DNA of 64,000 nucleotides from Amphiscolops sp. MND2022 (Eukaryota). A program made the position numbers and the translations under genes. The notes beneath the pieces were generated by a model. It saw only the letters and a list, made by a program, of their open reading frames with translations, searched no databases and was not told the origin of the DNA. How positions within the stretch are numbered: the first letter of the stretch is position 1; the number at the start of each line of letters is the position of its first letter. Below, piece by piece: positions 47,520 to 61,370 of the stretch. The DNA lies in NCBI GenBank assembly GCA_964187785.1, contig OZ076409.1, positions 78,184,001 through 78,248,000 of the forward strand, given 5' to 3'.

Positions 47520-50500
47520 GAAGGGTTTTTCACAATAGCGATTGCGTCGTCCTTGTAATTGGCAAAATTGGCAATTAACATGTTCTCCGATTTTCTGTGA
47601 GATAATTTCAACTTTTACTCAAGTTTCTTTGATTTAGTTTTGATTTCCAGTTGGTTTGTTGAGTGGCTTTGACCCATGTTCACTCGATAGCTTGTTTGCT
47701 TTTGCTCATGTGAATTGAATGGTTGTGCGTTGACATCTTTTGTATACTCGCCTCAAGTTTATTCATTTTCGGCCTCTGATTGGTCCGCTGAATTCTTTCG
47801 CTAAACCGCTATTTACATTATTCCCATGATTCACTGTGAACCAGTTGTTCCATAATTCATCTGCTTTAAACTTTCTCCTATTTGACAAATTGTCTGCAAT
47901 ACCGATTGTTCTTCGGGCGCGTGAAAAATTTCAAAATCAAACGGTAGTAAGCGATCTACCTAGCTGGTTAATCTCGAATGTTCTGTTGCTTTTTTTCCTT
48001 TTAATACAGTTGCTAGCGCTTTTTGGTCTGACACAATTTGAAATTTTATTCCATAGAAGTAGTTTTTGGAGTGTTCCACTGCCCAAACTACTGCAAGTAG
48101 TTCCAATTCATTGATCGAGAATGTATCATCTGATGGTGTTAAAAATCTGGATCATGCCATACTATTATGAAACGTCATTCAATCAATATTTTCATGAGAC
48201 AAGGAAAATATATTAGATATAAAAAATCGACGTACTTTGGAAACTTTGAAAAAACGAGTATTTGTGTAATATAACATTCATTTTGCATGATCATTATTGG
48301 AAAGGCAGAACCCAAATTAAATCAATTTTATGTCGAAGGAAATTGTTTTGATTGACACGAAAAATTCCAAAGTACGAATAGAGATACTCCTGACTGATAC
48401 CAAAATCGCAGCAGATTGGCAGATTGTGATGATCTGGCAGTTTGTTCAAAACTGGTACTATTTTCGAAAAAGACGAATATTTGTGTAATATTGGTGTGTT
48501 AGTCCTAATCATTTTGAATTAATTTACGAAAAGTAGTGCATAAAATTTTATGTTTGTGCAGTCTTCCACTTGAATTTAATTCAAGAAGAGTTGCCGCGTA
48601 TCGCGTCAAGCAAAAAGTCGTTGAATCCAGGAAATTTACGATTTCTGCAATCTGATTGGTTCGATTTGCAAAACTTACGTTTTTGTGGAATCCGGGACAG
48701 CGGCATGCCGACAGTGCGTACAGCTAAGCATTTGTTACTGGAATTCATGACAAAATCCGTGGAATCCGGGACTTTTGACGTAATTTGCCAATTTTGCAAG
48801 GTTAAAGGTATGGTCGTGGAATCCGAAGTATTGAAAGCACAAAATAGTGCTTTGAGCAAATTAAGCTTGCCTATGCACTCCAATGATGCGAAATGAATTG
48901 GTATCCATCCAGTTTCGTCTTGCTCTTGTAATACATCTCCTGAGCCTGCCTTACTTGCGCCACAATGTATTCGTATTTGACTGCTTTTTTTAATTTGTCC
49001 CACTTGTTTGTTTATTTCCTCGAAGGCTTTATCGTTACTTTCCTCCCTTTTCCATGGTTGGTCTTTTTCAAAAGTGGTCGCAGTTTATGACATAGTTGAG
49101 CAAGGTTGGGGATGATTCTATTCATCTGATTTACTGCTCCTAAATATGACATCCGAGGCATCCAATTTCACTTTGTGAAAATTACATTTTTCCCATTTTA
49201 TCCTAATTTTTGGTTTCTTCAATTTTTCTAACACTTGTTTTACGGCTTCGTAGTGGTTTTTTAGTCGGTGCTTTTCGAAGAAAAACGCAGACTATAGTAG
49301 TGACTTCTTTTTTAAGACCAACGAACTGACAGATTTTATAAAGAGTTATAAATAGCTGAGCTGACTTCATCTGCACTTACAGTAACTGCAATGCTAGCTA
49401 TCACTGCTGGCACTTGGCATAGATGTTAATTAAGCTTTTTGAGGTCTGCCAAGCAGAAGGACGTGGGTTCGAGTCCCGTCCTTGATCAAATTTTTTTTGT
49501 GCAGGTTTTTTCGGCTTTGTGAGACTTTTCTCGCAAATTTTTTTAATGTCTCCAAAGGGTCCACACTTCATTTTTTCTATTTTGCATAAGAATGGATGTT
49601 CAAAACCTCCTAAAGGGCCCCTTTTACAATTTTTCGGCACTATGCGACTCACTGGAGACCAAAAAATTTCGAAAAAAATTCAAAAAAAATCGGATTTTTT
49701 TAAATTTTTCCTCACGCGGGTACTGTAGAAGAGAATACTTGACACTTTGAAGTCCTTTTGCTATTTTTGAGCCTTAGATATGGCGCCGACTTGGGCCGTT
49801 CCCGGCTTGTTTAAGTTTCGTTAGTCACTAGTAATATGCCATGAAGGAATACGTACGTATTCGGAAAATCAGATAATTCTGTATCCATTGCCTTTTGAAC
49901 TTGTTGTTGGCATTCATGGTAGTCCATACAACCCCGTGATCAATATATATGTTCCTGTTGACTTTCCTCCTTCTATTTGATTGCATTGTTTAGCTGTTTC
50001 TTTGTCTAATGGTACCTGTCAATATGCATAACCCATATCCAATGATGTGTACCAGACTACCCATCCATTTTGGTTATCAAGTTGTTTTGCCACCATATCA
50101 ACTAAATGCTCTAAATTCGGCATTTGGTATTTGTCTTTAACTAGTTCGTTATTAGTGCATGACCTTGCGTCAAGTCAAATTTTAACTTTTATCTCTTTAT
50201 TGTTATCACTACTGGTTGTATGAATTCTTTATCAGTCCTTTCGGTTACACTTTCTATATGTCCTTCTTTCACCATTTTTTCTATTTGTTCCTTTACTGCC
50301 TCTTGCAACTGTGTTGTTACTCTTTAACATTTTGTTGGTTTACTTTTGCATTTGTTATAAACTTTTGCATTTGTTACTTCATAGTCTGTTAACCGTCCTT
50401 GTCTGGTAAACAAATCTTGGAATTGTTCTTTCAAATAAATTTGTTCGTTGGCATCATTTTCAGTGTCCACTTTACTTTTTTTGCCACTTCACTTGGTTTG

Positions 50501-51790
50501 CCTAATTTTTTTTTGGTTGCGTGTAATTTGGACTATTTCTATATATAGCATGATTAGCTTCTTTCTGATTGGGTGAGAAAATTTTGTAATTGAAGGCCTT
50601 GAGCCAATCTCGTCCAGTCAGCTGTTTTACTGCTTTCTTTGCAACCAAAATTCCTCCCTTCTAAAGTTTGCTTTCACCTACTTCCAATTGGCAGAACATG
50701 TATCCCATTAAGTTGAGGTTTCGTCTGTTGAAAGCAACATATTCTTGGTCTTTTGGCAGTTCTCGAATGGATAATGTTCTTCGTTTCATTATCTCTTTTA
50801 TTTTCATCGATTTCAAATATTGTCACTGGTAATACTGAATCCACCATTGTTTTAAATGAGTTTCCGTTTGTTTTCCCGGACATTGTGAATTGCCCATTTT
50901 CACATCCTTTAATCGTCATCACTATTTTATCTTCATCGACCACTGATTCATCATCATTACTGCTTTCATCCCACTCGTCAATTATTTGGAATTCTCTGCG
51001 GTGGCTTGGCGACTTTTTGCAGTTTCCTGCTCCTCTAGTCTGGAAACATTTCGCAAAATGTCCCTTTCATGCTTGTTATTCCCATGGCGCTACATTCCTT
51101 TAGAGATGGAGTAAATATTCCTTCACTTCGGAAACATTTCTTGGTTGGGGCCCATCTTTTGGCTCCTTGATAAATGTTATTTCGTTTACTTCTGTCTTGA
51201 TATTGGGCTTCTCCATCTTCTCAAATGACTGTTGTCTAATTGCGCCTTCTTCATATACCATGGCCAATTGTATTGTTTTGGCTACTGTTCCCATTGGTTC
51301 AATACTAATTTTATGTTGGACTTCTTCGTTGACCGTATTCATCATTCAACTGATTCCAGAATTGGCGTAGATTTTCTCCTTTCTGTTTACGGCTAAGAAA
51401 TTTAAATCTGTCCAATGTTTCATTCTTTGGCTTCTCGAAACTATGTTTGCTGTTTTTCAATAAGTCTTAGACCTATCCTTGCATTATTTGTTGTTGGGAA
51501 TTTATCTGCGATGGCTTTTCGGGCTGCTGTTCTAAATGCCAGGTACGATACACTGATTGCTTTTTGCGTTGCTGGCATTTCATCCATATCTTCCATTAAA
51601 CTCTTTTCTTTAGTTCTCGTATTTTTGGGAAACTCGGATATTGAAATATTGTTCTTTGCCATAAAAGCGACCTCGAAAAGATCGATCCTTTTTTTCCCAC
51701 TCGAGTTGTGGTGGTTTTGATGGGTAGACTGGGTAGACCCTTAATTGCTGACTGTGATCTCCCCGTAGGTTCGGTACGCAGCGCCATGTT
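47520..51790 (-). mobile_element. Decayed Ty3/Gypsy LTR retrotransposon internal region
   Basis: Minus-strand order is gag-like, knuckle remnant (KGHFAKC), protease (FKTMVDS..VTIF), RT (YQMPNLEHL), then RNase H (LQEQDETGWIPIHFAS..INELELLAVVWAVEH). No LTRs identified. Confidence 0.75.
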
Positions 51791-54700
51791 AAAGTATAAC
51801 TGTTCTTTTGAATACCATTTAAATAACTGTTCTATCTGTTTTAGGAATGAAGGAAGAGCGAAGCAAGAATCTGTTTTCTATGAGACCATGTGGTGAAACT
51901 TGGTCACCTTCAAGCACGATTGTTTATGATGTTACTGGTACGAATTGTTGCATATGGTACAACATCAATAAACAATAATGAACAAAACACTAAACGATTA
52001 ATGTCAGTTATTTGTCAGTTTGTTTAGTTAAATTACGTCTTATTTTGCTTAGTATTGTTTTCTATTTGCAGCCCTGCTACACTCTAGGCTCGCAAAACGC
52101 TTGAAAATTTTTGAGACCCCTGCAGCATCAAAATTCATGATACTGGTTACCATAAGTCTGGTACATTATGACGAGATCCGCTGAGGTTCTCCGTTTCCGC
52201 TTAGGACAAGACTGGTTTCGAGCATAAAGGGTCAGCCAATAGGTTTTGGCACTGACTTTTCAAAAAGGTCTCTAAAAATTGATTTTCGCAAATTTGTGCT
52301 TCAGCTTGGAGAAAGTTTTTCCGAATCTCAAGGGCGACCTAGTTTTTTTGGCATTGTGAGATTGACGTTAGTTTTCTCTGTTTTTCCTTGAGCATATTTT
52401 AAAAGACTGTAAAAAAGCAACTAAACTTTTTGGATAGACTTGTCTGTCGTAAAGGGATAAATTATGCAACCGTCATGAAACCTGGAAAACGTGAATCGAA
52501 AGTATGTCTTTGGATGACTCATCTTGCAACCACATTCTGATTATGATTCGTAACTTTCGGGACACGAAAAGAATAAGTGGAATGTTTTTTCCTCAATCCT
52601 ACAAAAGTAAAACCTTTCAGTTCGAAGTAATTATTTCATTATATTCAGTCTAATCTTTTCAGTAGGTGAGATTGCTGACATATGCATTTTCTGACGTTTA
52701 TGCATTTGTTGTAAAATAGTACTATGAAATGCAGAATAAAACGATAAACATTTTTGTCTGGAATTGAAGTGGGAAGAGGAAAAAATTCCAAGTAAATCTT
52801 CATCTTTTCCAAAGTTACAGACTCTGTTATGAACGATTTCTCGTTAGTATTCTCGTTAGTATATATAGTTCCATCATGGAAATTTGGAAGTATTTACTTA
52901 AAAAAGCGCGCGACAAAAAAGATAAAATGAAGTATTCGCAGTTTATAGCCATTATGCTGTGTAAACTCTAGAAAAGCGCTTAAAAAACAGCGGCAAGTAC
53001 AATTAAAAGTCAAAGAAAGAAGACTTGAAGGAAGATTTTTATTGTTTGCGTTTTTTATTACGACCCTGGTGTGCGAGATAATGTATAATTTGTTTGCAAA
53101 ATGATGGCAGATTGAATAACCCTTACTTAACTTCCCTAGTTGAGACTGCTAGGATTTGTTACATACTGCAGACATGCATACAGGGTATTCTAATAGAACA
53201 GATAATTCAGTGAGATCCGGTGATAGCATTCCACTGCTGCAATTAACTTTGAAAATACATGTAATTCCCACTTCGTTACCGACACGACACAAGCACGCTT
53301 TCACACTTCATTTTCTCAACAGATGTAATCTCGTCAGCTGTAAACTCGTCAGCTGTAAACTCGTCAGCTGTAATCACCACCTCTCAAATTGCACTCTGAA
53401 TTTGACGCTAGTTAGCAGTTTATTACGTGACTCGAAGTTATTTTGCACTTAAAAGGCGGCAAAATTGATATCTCAGCTGCATTAAAAAAAGAACTGATGG
53501 ATTATGAATCCTGCAAAATTTCACAACCTGAAATCACCGCCAAATTTTGAACGAATCTCCCAAGCAGCTTGGTAAATATCGATTGCCACAGGGAATTTTG
53601 AACGCAATAAAGCTTCCGTAAGAATTTTAAGAAATCATTTCACAGTTGAAGGTATTTTTGAAGAATGGGACCATGTGTTCAATCCCTCCAGGTACACCTT
53701 GTTGCGAATCCTCCCAACACGAAAGCACATTTTGCTCTTGAATAAAGAATAATTCACTAATAAGATGATTTTATATGAATGTAAATACTTGAAGGATTGT
53801 CGCTACACCCTTTTGACACTTTAGTCAAAAACATGACCCTAATTTTTGATATTATTGTCCAAAAGAACAGAAATTCACGCTTGGAACAAACTGAAATTGT
53901 TTTAAAAAGGCCCCTATTTCAACGCCAATTTTCTCCGTGATAAAATCTAATGAGCAACTTTTAACTGGCGGCTATTCATTGAGTCGAAATTAAACAAAAG
54001 TATTCAGAACGTCGAAATTAAAGTTAGCTATTCATCGCGTCGAAAAACTACATATCAGCGATTATTTTAAGGTTATTATTTGAAGAGGTTAGCATATTTG
54101 TTGTATGGCTCGGTCGCTTCGCTCCCTTCGCCAAGTAGCAACATTCAGGCATGGCCATATGGCACGACGCTCCGCTTCGCTTCGCTCCTGCATTTAGGGC
54201 ACTAGGAGTATGTGAACAATTTGGTCTGACACAATTTGAAATTTTATTCCATAGAAGTAGTTTTTGGAGTGTTCCACTGCCCAAACTACTGCAAGTAGTT
54301 CCAATTCATTGATCGAGAATGTATCATCTGATGGTGTTAAAAATCTGGATCATGCCATACTATTATGAAACGTCATTCAATCAATATTTTCATGAGACAA
54401 GGAAAATATATTAGATATAAAAAATCGACGTACTTTGGAAACTTTGAAAAAACGAGTATTTGTGTAATATAACATTCATTTTGCATGATCATTATTGGAA
54501 AGGCAGAACCCAAATTAAATCAATTTTATGTCGAAGGAAATTGTTTTGATTGACACGAAAAATTCCAAAGTACGAATAGAGATACTCCTGACTGATACCA
54601 AAATCGCAGCAGATTGGCAGATTGTGATGATCTGGCAGTTTGTTCAAAACTGGTACTATTTTCGAAAAAGACGAATATTTGTGTAATATTGGTGTGTTAG

Positions 54701-57700
54701 TCCTAATCATTTTGAATTAATTTACGAAAAGTAGTGCATAAAATTTTATGTTTGTGCAGTCTTCCACTTGAATTTAATTCAAGAAGAGTTGCCGCGTATC
54801 GCGTCAAGCAAAAAGTCGTTGAATCCAGGAAATTTACGATTTCTGCAATCTGATTGGTTCGATTTGCAAAACTTACGTTTTTGTGGAATCCGGGACAGCG
54901 GCATGCCGACAGTGCGTACAGCTAAGCATTTGTTACTGGAATTCATGACAAAATCCGTGGAATCCGGGACTTTTGACGTAATTTGCCAATTTTGCAAGGT
55001 TAAAGGTATGGTCGTGGAATCCGAAGTATTGAAAGCACAAAATAGTGCTTTGAGCAAATTAAGCTTGCCTATGCACTCCAATGATGCGAAATGAATTGGT
55101 ATCCATCCAGTTTCGTCTTGCTCTTGTAATACATCTCCTGAGCCTGCCTTACTTGCGCCACAATGTATTCGTATTTGACTGCTTTTTTTAATTTGTCCCA
55201 CTTGTTTGTTTATTTCCTTGAAGGCTTTATCGTTACTTTCCTCCCTTTTCCATGGTTGGTCTTTTTCAAAAGTGGTCGCAGTTTATGACATAGTTGAGCA
55301 AGGTTGGGGATGATTCTATTCATCTGATTTACTGCTCCTAAATATGACATCCGAGGCATCCAATTTCACTTTGTGAAAATTACATTTTTCCCATTTTATC
55401 CTAATTTTTGGTTTCTTCAATTTTTCTAACACTTGTTTTACGGCTTCGTAGTGGTTTTTTAGTCGGTGCTTTTCGAAGAAAAACGCAGACTATAGTAGTG
55501 ACTTCTTTTTTTAAGACCAACGAACTGACAGATTTTATAAAGAGTTATAAATAGCTGAGCTGACTTCACTGCACTTACAGTAACTGCAATGCTAGCTATC
55601 ACTGCTGGCACTTGGCATAGATGTTAATTAAGCTTTTTGAGGTCTGCCAAGCAGAAGGACGTGGGTTCGAGTCCCGTCCTTGATCAAATTTTTTTGTGCA
55701 GGTTTTTTCGGCTTTGTGAGACTTTTCTCGCAATTTTTTTTAATGTCTCCAAAGGGTCCACACTTCATTTTTTCTATTTTGCATAAGAATGGATGTTCAA
55801 AACCTCCCAAAGGGCCCCTTTTACAATTTTTCGGCACTATGCGACTCACTGGAGACCAAAAAATTTCGAAAAAAATTCAAAAAAAATCGGATTTTTTTAA
55901 ATTTTTCCTCACGCGGTTACTGTAGAAGAGAATACTTGACACTTTGAAGTCCTTTTGCTATTTTTGAGCCTTAGATATGGCGCCGACTTGGGCCGTTCCC
56001 GGCTTGTTTAAGTTTCGTTAGTCACTAGTAATATGCCATGAAGGAATACGTACGTATTCGGAAAATCAGATAATTCTGTATCCATTGCCTTTTGAACTTG
56101 TTGTTGGCATTCATGGTAGTCCATACAACCCCGTGATCAATATATATGTTCCTGTTGACTTTCCTCCTTCTATTTGATTGCATTGTTTAGCTGTTTCTTT
56201 GTCTAATGGTACCTGTCAATATGCATAACCCATATCCAATGATGTGTACCAGACTACCCATCCATTTTGGTTATCAAGTTGTTTTGCCACCATATCAACT
56301 AAATGCTCTAAATTCGGCATTTGGTATTTGTCTTTAACTAGTTCGATATTAGTGCATGACCTTGCGTCAAGTCAAATTTTAACTTTTATCTCTTTATTGT
56401 TATCACTACTGGTTGTATGAATTCTTTATCAGTCCTTTCGGTTACACTTTCTATATGTCCTTCTTTCACCATTTTTTCTATTTGTTCCTTTACTGCCTCT
56501 TGCAACTGTGTTGTTACTCTTTAACAATTTGTTGGTTTACTTTTGCATTTGTTATAAACTTTTGCATTTGTTACTTCATAGTCTGTTAACCGTCCTTGTC
56601 TGGTAAACAAATCTTGGAATTGTTCTTTCAAATAAATTTGTTCGTTGGCATCATTTTCAGTGTCCACTTTACTTTTTTTGCCACTTCACTTGGTTTGCCT
56701 AATTTTTTTTGGTTGCGTGTAATTTGGACTATTTCTATATATAGCATGATTAGCTTCTTTCTGATTGGGTGAGAAAATTTTGTAATTGAAGGCCTTGAGC
56801 CAATCTCGTCCAGTCAGCTGTTTTACTGCTTTCTTTGCAACCAAAATTCCTCCCTTCTAAAGTTTGCTTTCACCTACTTCCAATTGGCAGAACATGTATC
56901 CCATTAAGTTGAGGTTTCGTCTGTTGAAAGCAACATATTCTTGGTCTTTTGGCAGTTCTCGAATGGATAATGTTCTTCGTTTCATTATCTCTTTTATTTT
57001 CATCGATTTCAAATATTGTCACTGGTAATACTGAATCCACCATTGTTTTAAATGAGTTTCCGTTTGTTTTCCCGGACATTGTGAATTGCCCATTTTCACA
57101 TCCTTTAATCGTCATCACTATTTTATCTTCATCGACCACTGATTCATCATCATTACTGCTTTCATCCCACTCGTCAATTATTTGGAATTCTCTGCGGTGG
57201 CTTGGCGACTTTTTGCAGTTTCCTGCTCCTCTAGTCTGGAAACATTTCGCAAAATGTCCCTTTCATGCTTGTTATTCCCATGGCGCTACATTCCTTTAGA
57301 GATGGAGTAAATATTCCTTCACATCGGAAACATTTCTTGGTTGGGGCCCATCTTTTGGCTCCTTGATAAATGTTATTTCGTTTACTTCTGTCTTGATATT
57401 GGGCTTCTCCATCTTCTCAAATGACTGTTGTCTAATTGCGCCTTCTTCATATACCATGGCCAATTGTATTGTTTTGGCTACTGTTCCCATTGGTTCAATA
57501 CTAATTTTCTGTTGGACTTCTTCGTTGACCGTATTCATCATTCAACTGATTCCAGAATTGGCGTAGATTTTCTCCTTTCTGTTTACGGCTAAGAAATTTA
57601 AATCTGTCCAATGTTTCATTCTTTGGCTTCTCGAAACTATGTTTGCTGTTTTTCAATAAGTCTTAGACCTATCCTTGCAATATTTGTTGTTGGGAATTTA

Positions 57701-60414
57701 TCTGCGATGGTTTTTCGGGCTGCTGTTCTAAATGCCAGGTACGATACACTGATTGCTTTTTGCGTTGCTGGCATTTCATCCATATCTTCCATTAAACTCT
57801 TTTCTTTAGTTCTCGTATTTTTGGGAAACTCGGATATTGAAATATTGTTCTTTGCCATAAAAGCGACCTCGAAAAGATCGATCCTTTTTTTCCCACTCGA
57901 GTTGTGGTGGTTTTGATGGGTAGACTGGGTAGACCCTTAATTGCTGACTGTGATCTCCCCGTAGGTTCGGTACGCAGCGCCATGTTAAAGTATAACTGTT
58001 CTTTTGAATACCATTTAAATAACTGTTCTATCTGTTTTAGGAATGAAGGAAGAGCGAAGCAAGAATCTGTTTTCTATGAGACCATGTGGTGAAACTTGGT
58101 CACCTTCAAGCACGATTGTTTATGATGTTACTGGTACGAATTGTTGCATATGGTACAACATCAATAAACAATAATGAACAAAACACTAAACGATTAATGT
58201 CAGTTATTTGTCAGTTTGTTTAGTTAAATTACGTCTTATTTTGCTTAGTATTGTTTTCTATTTGCAGCCCTGCTACACTCTAGGCTCGCAAAACGCTTGA
58301 AAATTTTTGAGACCCCTGCAGCATCGAAATTCATGATACTGGTTACCATAAGTCTGGTACATTATGACGAGATCCGCTGAGGTTCTCCGTTTCCGCTTAG
58401 GACAAGACTGGTTTCGAGCATAAAGGGTCAGCCAATAGGTTTTGGCACTGACTTTTCAAAAAGGTCTCTAAAAATTGATTTTCGCAAATTTGTGCTTCAG
58501 CTTGGAGAAAGTTTTTCCGAATCTCAAGGGCGACCTAGTTTTTTTGGCATTGTGAGATTGACGTTAGTTTTCTCTGTTTTTCCTTGAGCATATTTTAAAA
58601 GACTGTAAAAAAGCAACTAAACTTTTTGGATAGACTTGTCTGTCGTAAAGGGATAAATTATGTAACCGTCATGAAACCTGGAAAACGTGAATCGAAAGTA
58701 TGTCTTTGGATGACTCATCTTGCAACCACATTCTGATTATGATTCGTAACTTTCGGGACACGAAAAGAATAAGTGGAATGTTTTTTCCTCAATCCTACAA
58801 AAGTAAAACCTTTCAGTTCGAAGTAATTATTTCATTATATTCAGTCTAATCTTTTCAGTAGGTGAGATTGCTGACATATGCATTTTCTGACGTTTATGCA
58901 TTTGTTGTAAAATAGTACTATGAAATGCAGAATAAAACGATAAACATTTTTGTCTGGAATTGAAGTGGGAAGAGGAAAAAATTCCAAGTAAATCTTCATC
59001 TTTTCCAAAGTTACAGACTCTGTTATGAACGATTTCTCGTTAGTATTCTCGTTAGTATATATAGTTCCATCATGGAAATTTGGAAGTATTTACTTAAAAA
59101 AGCGCGCGACAAAAAAGATAAAATGAAGTATTCGCAGTTTATAGCCATTATGCTGTGTAAACTCTAGAAAAGCGCTTAAAAAACAGCGGCAAGTACAATT
59201 AAAAGTCAAAGAAAGAAGACTTGAAGGAAGATTTTTATTGTTTGCGTTTTTTATTACGACCCTGGTGTGCGAGATAATGTATAATTTGTTTGCAAAATGA
59301 TGGCAGATTGAATAACCCTTACTTAACTTCCCTAGTTGAGACTGCTAGGATTTGTTACATACTGCAGACATGCATACAGGGTATTCTAATAGAACAGATA
59401 ATTCAGTGAGATCCGGTGATAGCATTCCACTGCTGCAATTAACTTTGAAAATACATGTAATTCCCACTTCGTTACCGACACGACACAAGCACGCTTTCAC
59501 ACTTCATTTTCTCAACAGATGTAATCTCGTCAGCTGTAAACTCGTCAGCTGTAAACTCGTCAGCTGTAATCACCACCTCTCAAATTGCACTCTGAATTTG
59601 ACGCTAGTTAGCAGTTTATTACGTGACTCGAAGTTATTTTGCACTTAAAAGGCGGCAAAATTGATATCTCAGCTGCATTAAAAAAAGAACTGATGGATTA
59701 TGAATCCTGCAAAATTTCACAACCTGAAATCACCGCCAAATTTTGAACGAATCTCCCAAGCAGCTTGGTAAATATCGATTGCCACAGGGAATTTTGAACG
59801 CAATAAAGCTTCCGTAAGAATTTTAAGAAATCATTTCACAGTTGAAGGTATTTTTGAAGAATGGGACCATGTGTTCAATCCCTCCAGGTACACCTTGTTG
59901 CGAATCCTCCCAACACGAAAGCACATTTTGCTCTTGAATAAAGAATAATTCACTAATAAGATGATTTTATGTGAATGTAAATACTTGAAGGATTGTCGCT
60001 ACACCCTTTTGACACTTTAGTCAAAAACATGACCCTAATTTTTGATATTATTGTCCAAAAGAACAGAAATTCACGCTTGGAACAAACTGAAATTGTTTTA
60101 AAAAGGCCCCTATTTCAACGCCAATTTTCTCCGTGATAAAATCTAATGAGCAACTTTTAACTGGCGGCTATTCATTGAGTCGAAATTAAACAAAAGTATT
60201 CAGAACGTCGAAATTAAAGTTAGCTATTCATCGCGTCGAAAAACTACATATCAGCGATTATTTTAAGGTTATTATTTGAAGAGGTTAGCATATTTGTTGT
60301 ATGGCTCGGTCGCTTCGCTCCCTTCGCCAAGTAGCAACATTCAGGCATGGCCATATGGCACGACGCTCCGCTTCGCTTCGCTCCTGCATTTAGGGCACTA
60401 GGAGTATGTGAACA
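48022..60414. repeat. Tandem duplication: 48022-54218 and 54220-60414
   Basis: Near-identical sequence at offset 6196-6198; junction ...tgtgaaca|a|tttggtctgac. Confidence 0.95.
49257..49812 (-). mobile_element. HINE-like element inserted in the Gypsy RT (duplicate at 55455-56008)
   Basis: Ends ttttagtcggtgc... and ...ggcgccgacttgggccgttcccggcttgtt; located in a T run. Confidence 0.65.
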
Positions 60415-60590
60415 TAGCTGACTACGTTATCGTAATTAGTTCGATGCTGTGTAGCACACAAATTCAACAAATTTAATTCTTTCCTATTTCAATTTTCAAC
60501 CAATCAGAAGCGTTCAATAATTATTTTTCGGCGCAATGAATAGCTCCAAAATTTCGACGCTTTGAATATTCGACGCTTTGGGAATCCGCC
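60163..60590. mobile_element. Non-autonomous TIR element with type-C core and different termini; 9-bp TSD
   Basis: CTTTTAACT at 60154-60162 and 60591-60599; GGCGG..GTCGAA inverted ends; a truncated copy lies at ~53967-54218. Confidence 0.85.
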
Positions 60591-61132
60591 CTTTTAACTG
60601 ACAGGCAATGTAATGGATAGGATTATGTCGACATCAATTATTTTATTCAACAAAATTTCAACGCAAACGATGTCGACAGAATGGTATTTGAACCTTGTTT
60701 CTTATTTTCCCCCTGCTGCTGCTTGGGGGGAGAATTGAAGACATGGTCCGAAGAATGTATAAAGTTCAAAGAAATTCAACAAAGGTTAGATTTTGAATCA
60801 GAGCATACGGTTCTCATCCACATCGAGGAACGAAGAATTTACGTTTTAGAGACTTTTTTTAATCAAATGATTATTTGAAGACTTTGAAATTTTTGTTAGC
60901 GAATTCGAGTGTCTAGTTTTTGGTTCCCCAATTGTGTACCACATTATAAACGTTTCGTCAAACAAACTTGTAACAGTCCAAGTCAACACCCCTCTTATAG
61001 CTCAAATTGAGCAAAATTTTTCAAATAATGTTCAGGAATTAGTTTTTGAAAATTTTCATAAGCCCATTCTTTCTGACAAGCAATCAACGTGGGACCTTTC
61101 AAGCTCCGTGCAAGTTTTAAACACTTAGCCAA

Positions 61133-61370
61133 GGTTCTTTTCTGCCCCCCACCACCACCGTTCAAAACGGGAAGCTGTTGATTTCTTCTTCAAAAATGCG
61201 TGACTACATAGGGAAAAAATGTGAACAACAATCATTTCTCAATTCTAAACTGTCACCCTGAAAATAAATTTAAAATTGAAGCTTTCTGGTTTGTATTGAA
61301 GTATTTTTCTAGGATATTTTCACCAATTTTCCAAAAAAAATGGTGGTGGGAGGGAAAACAGAGAAGAACC
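61133..61370. mobile_element. MITE, GG termini, 8-bp TSD
   Basis: TTAGCCAA flanks; TIR ggttctt.tctg. Confidence 0.8.

Noticed and set aside
49409..49487. Functional tRNA-Gly gene
   Set aside because: Acceptor and D stems do not pair properly; it is embedded in a repeat.
47331..52260. Direct repeats 47331-47515 and 52088-52260 as LTRs of the Gypsy element
   Set aside because: No TG..CA ends, PBS or PPT; they are diverged and look like pieces of an interspersed repeat family.
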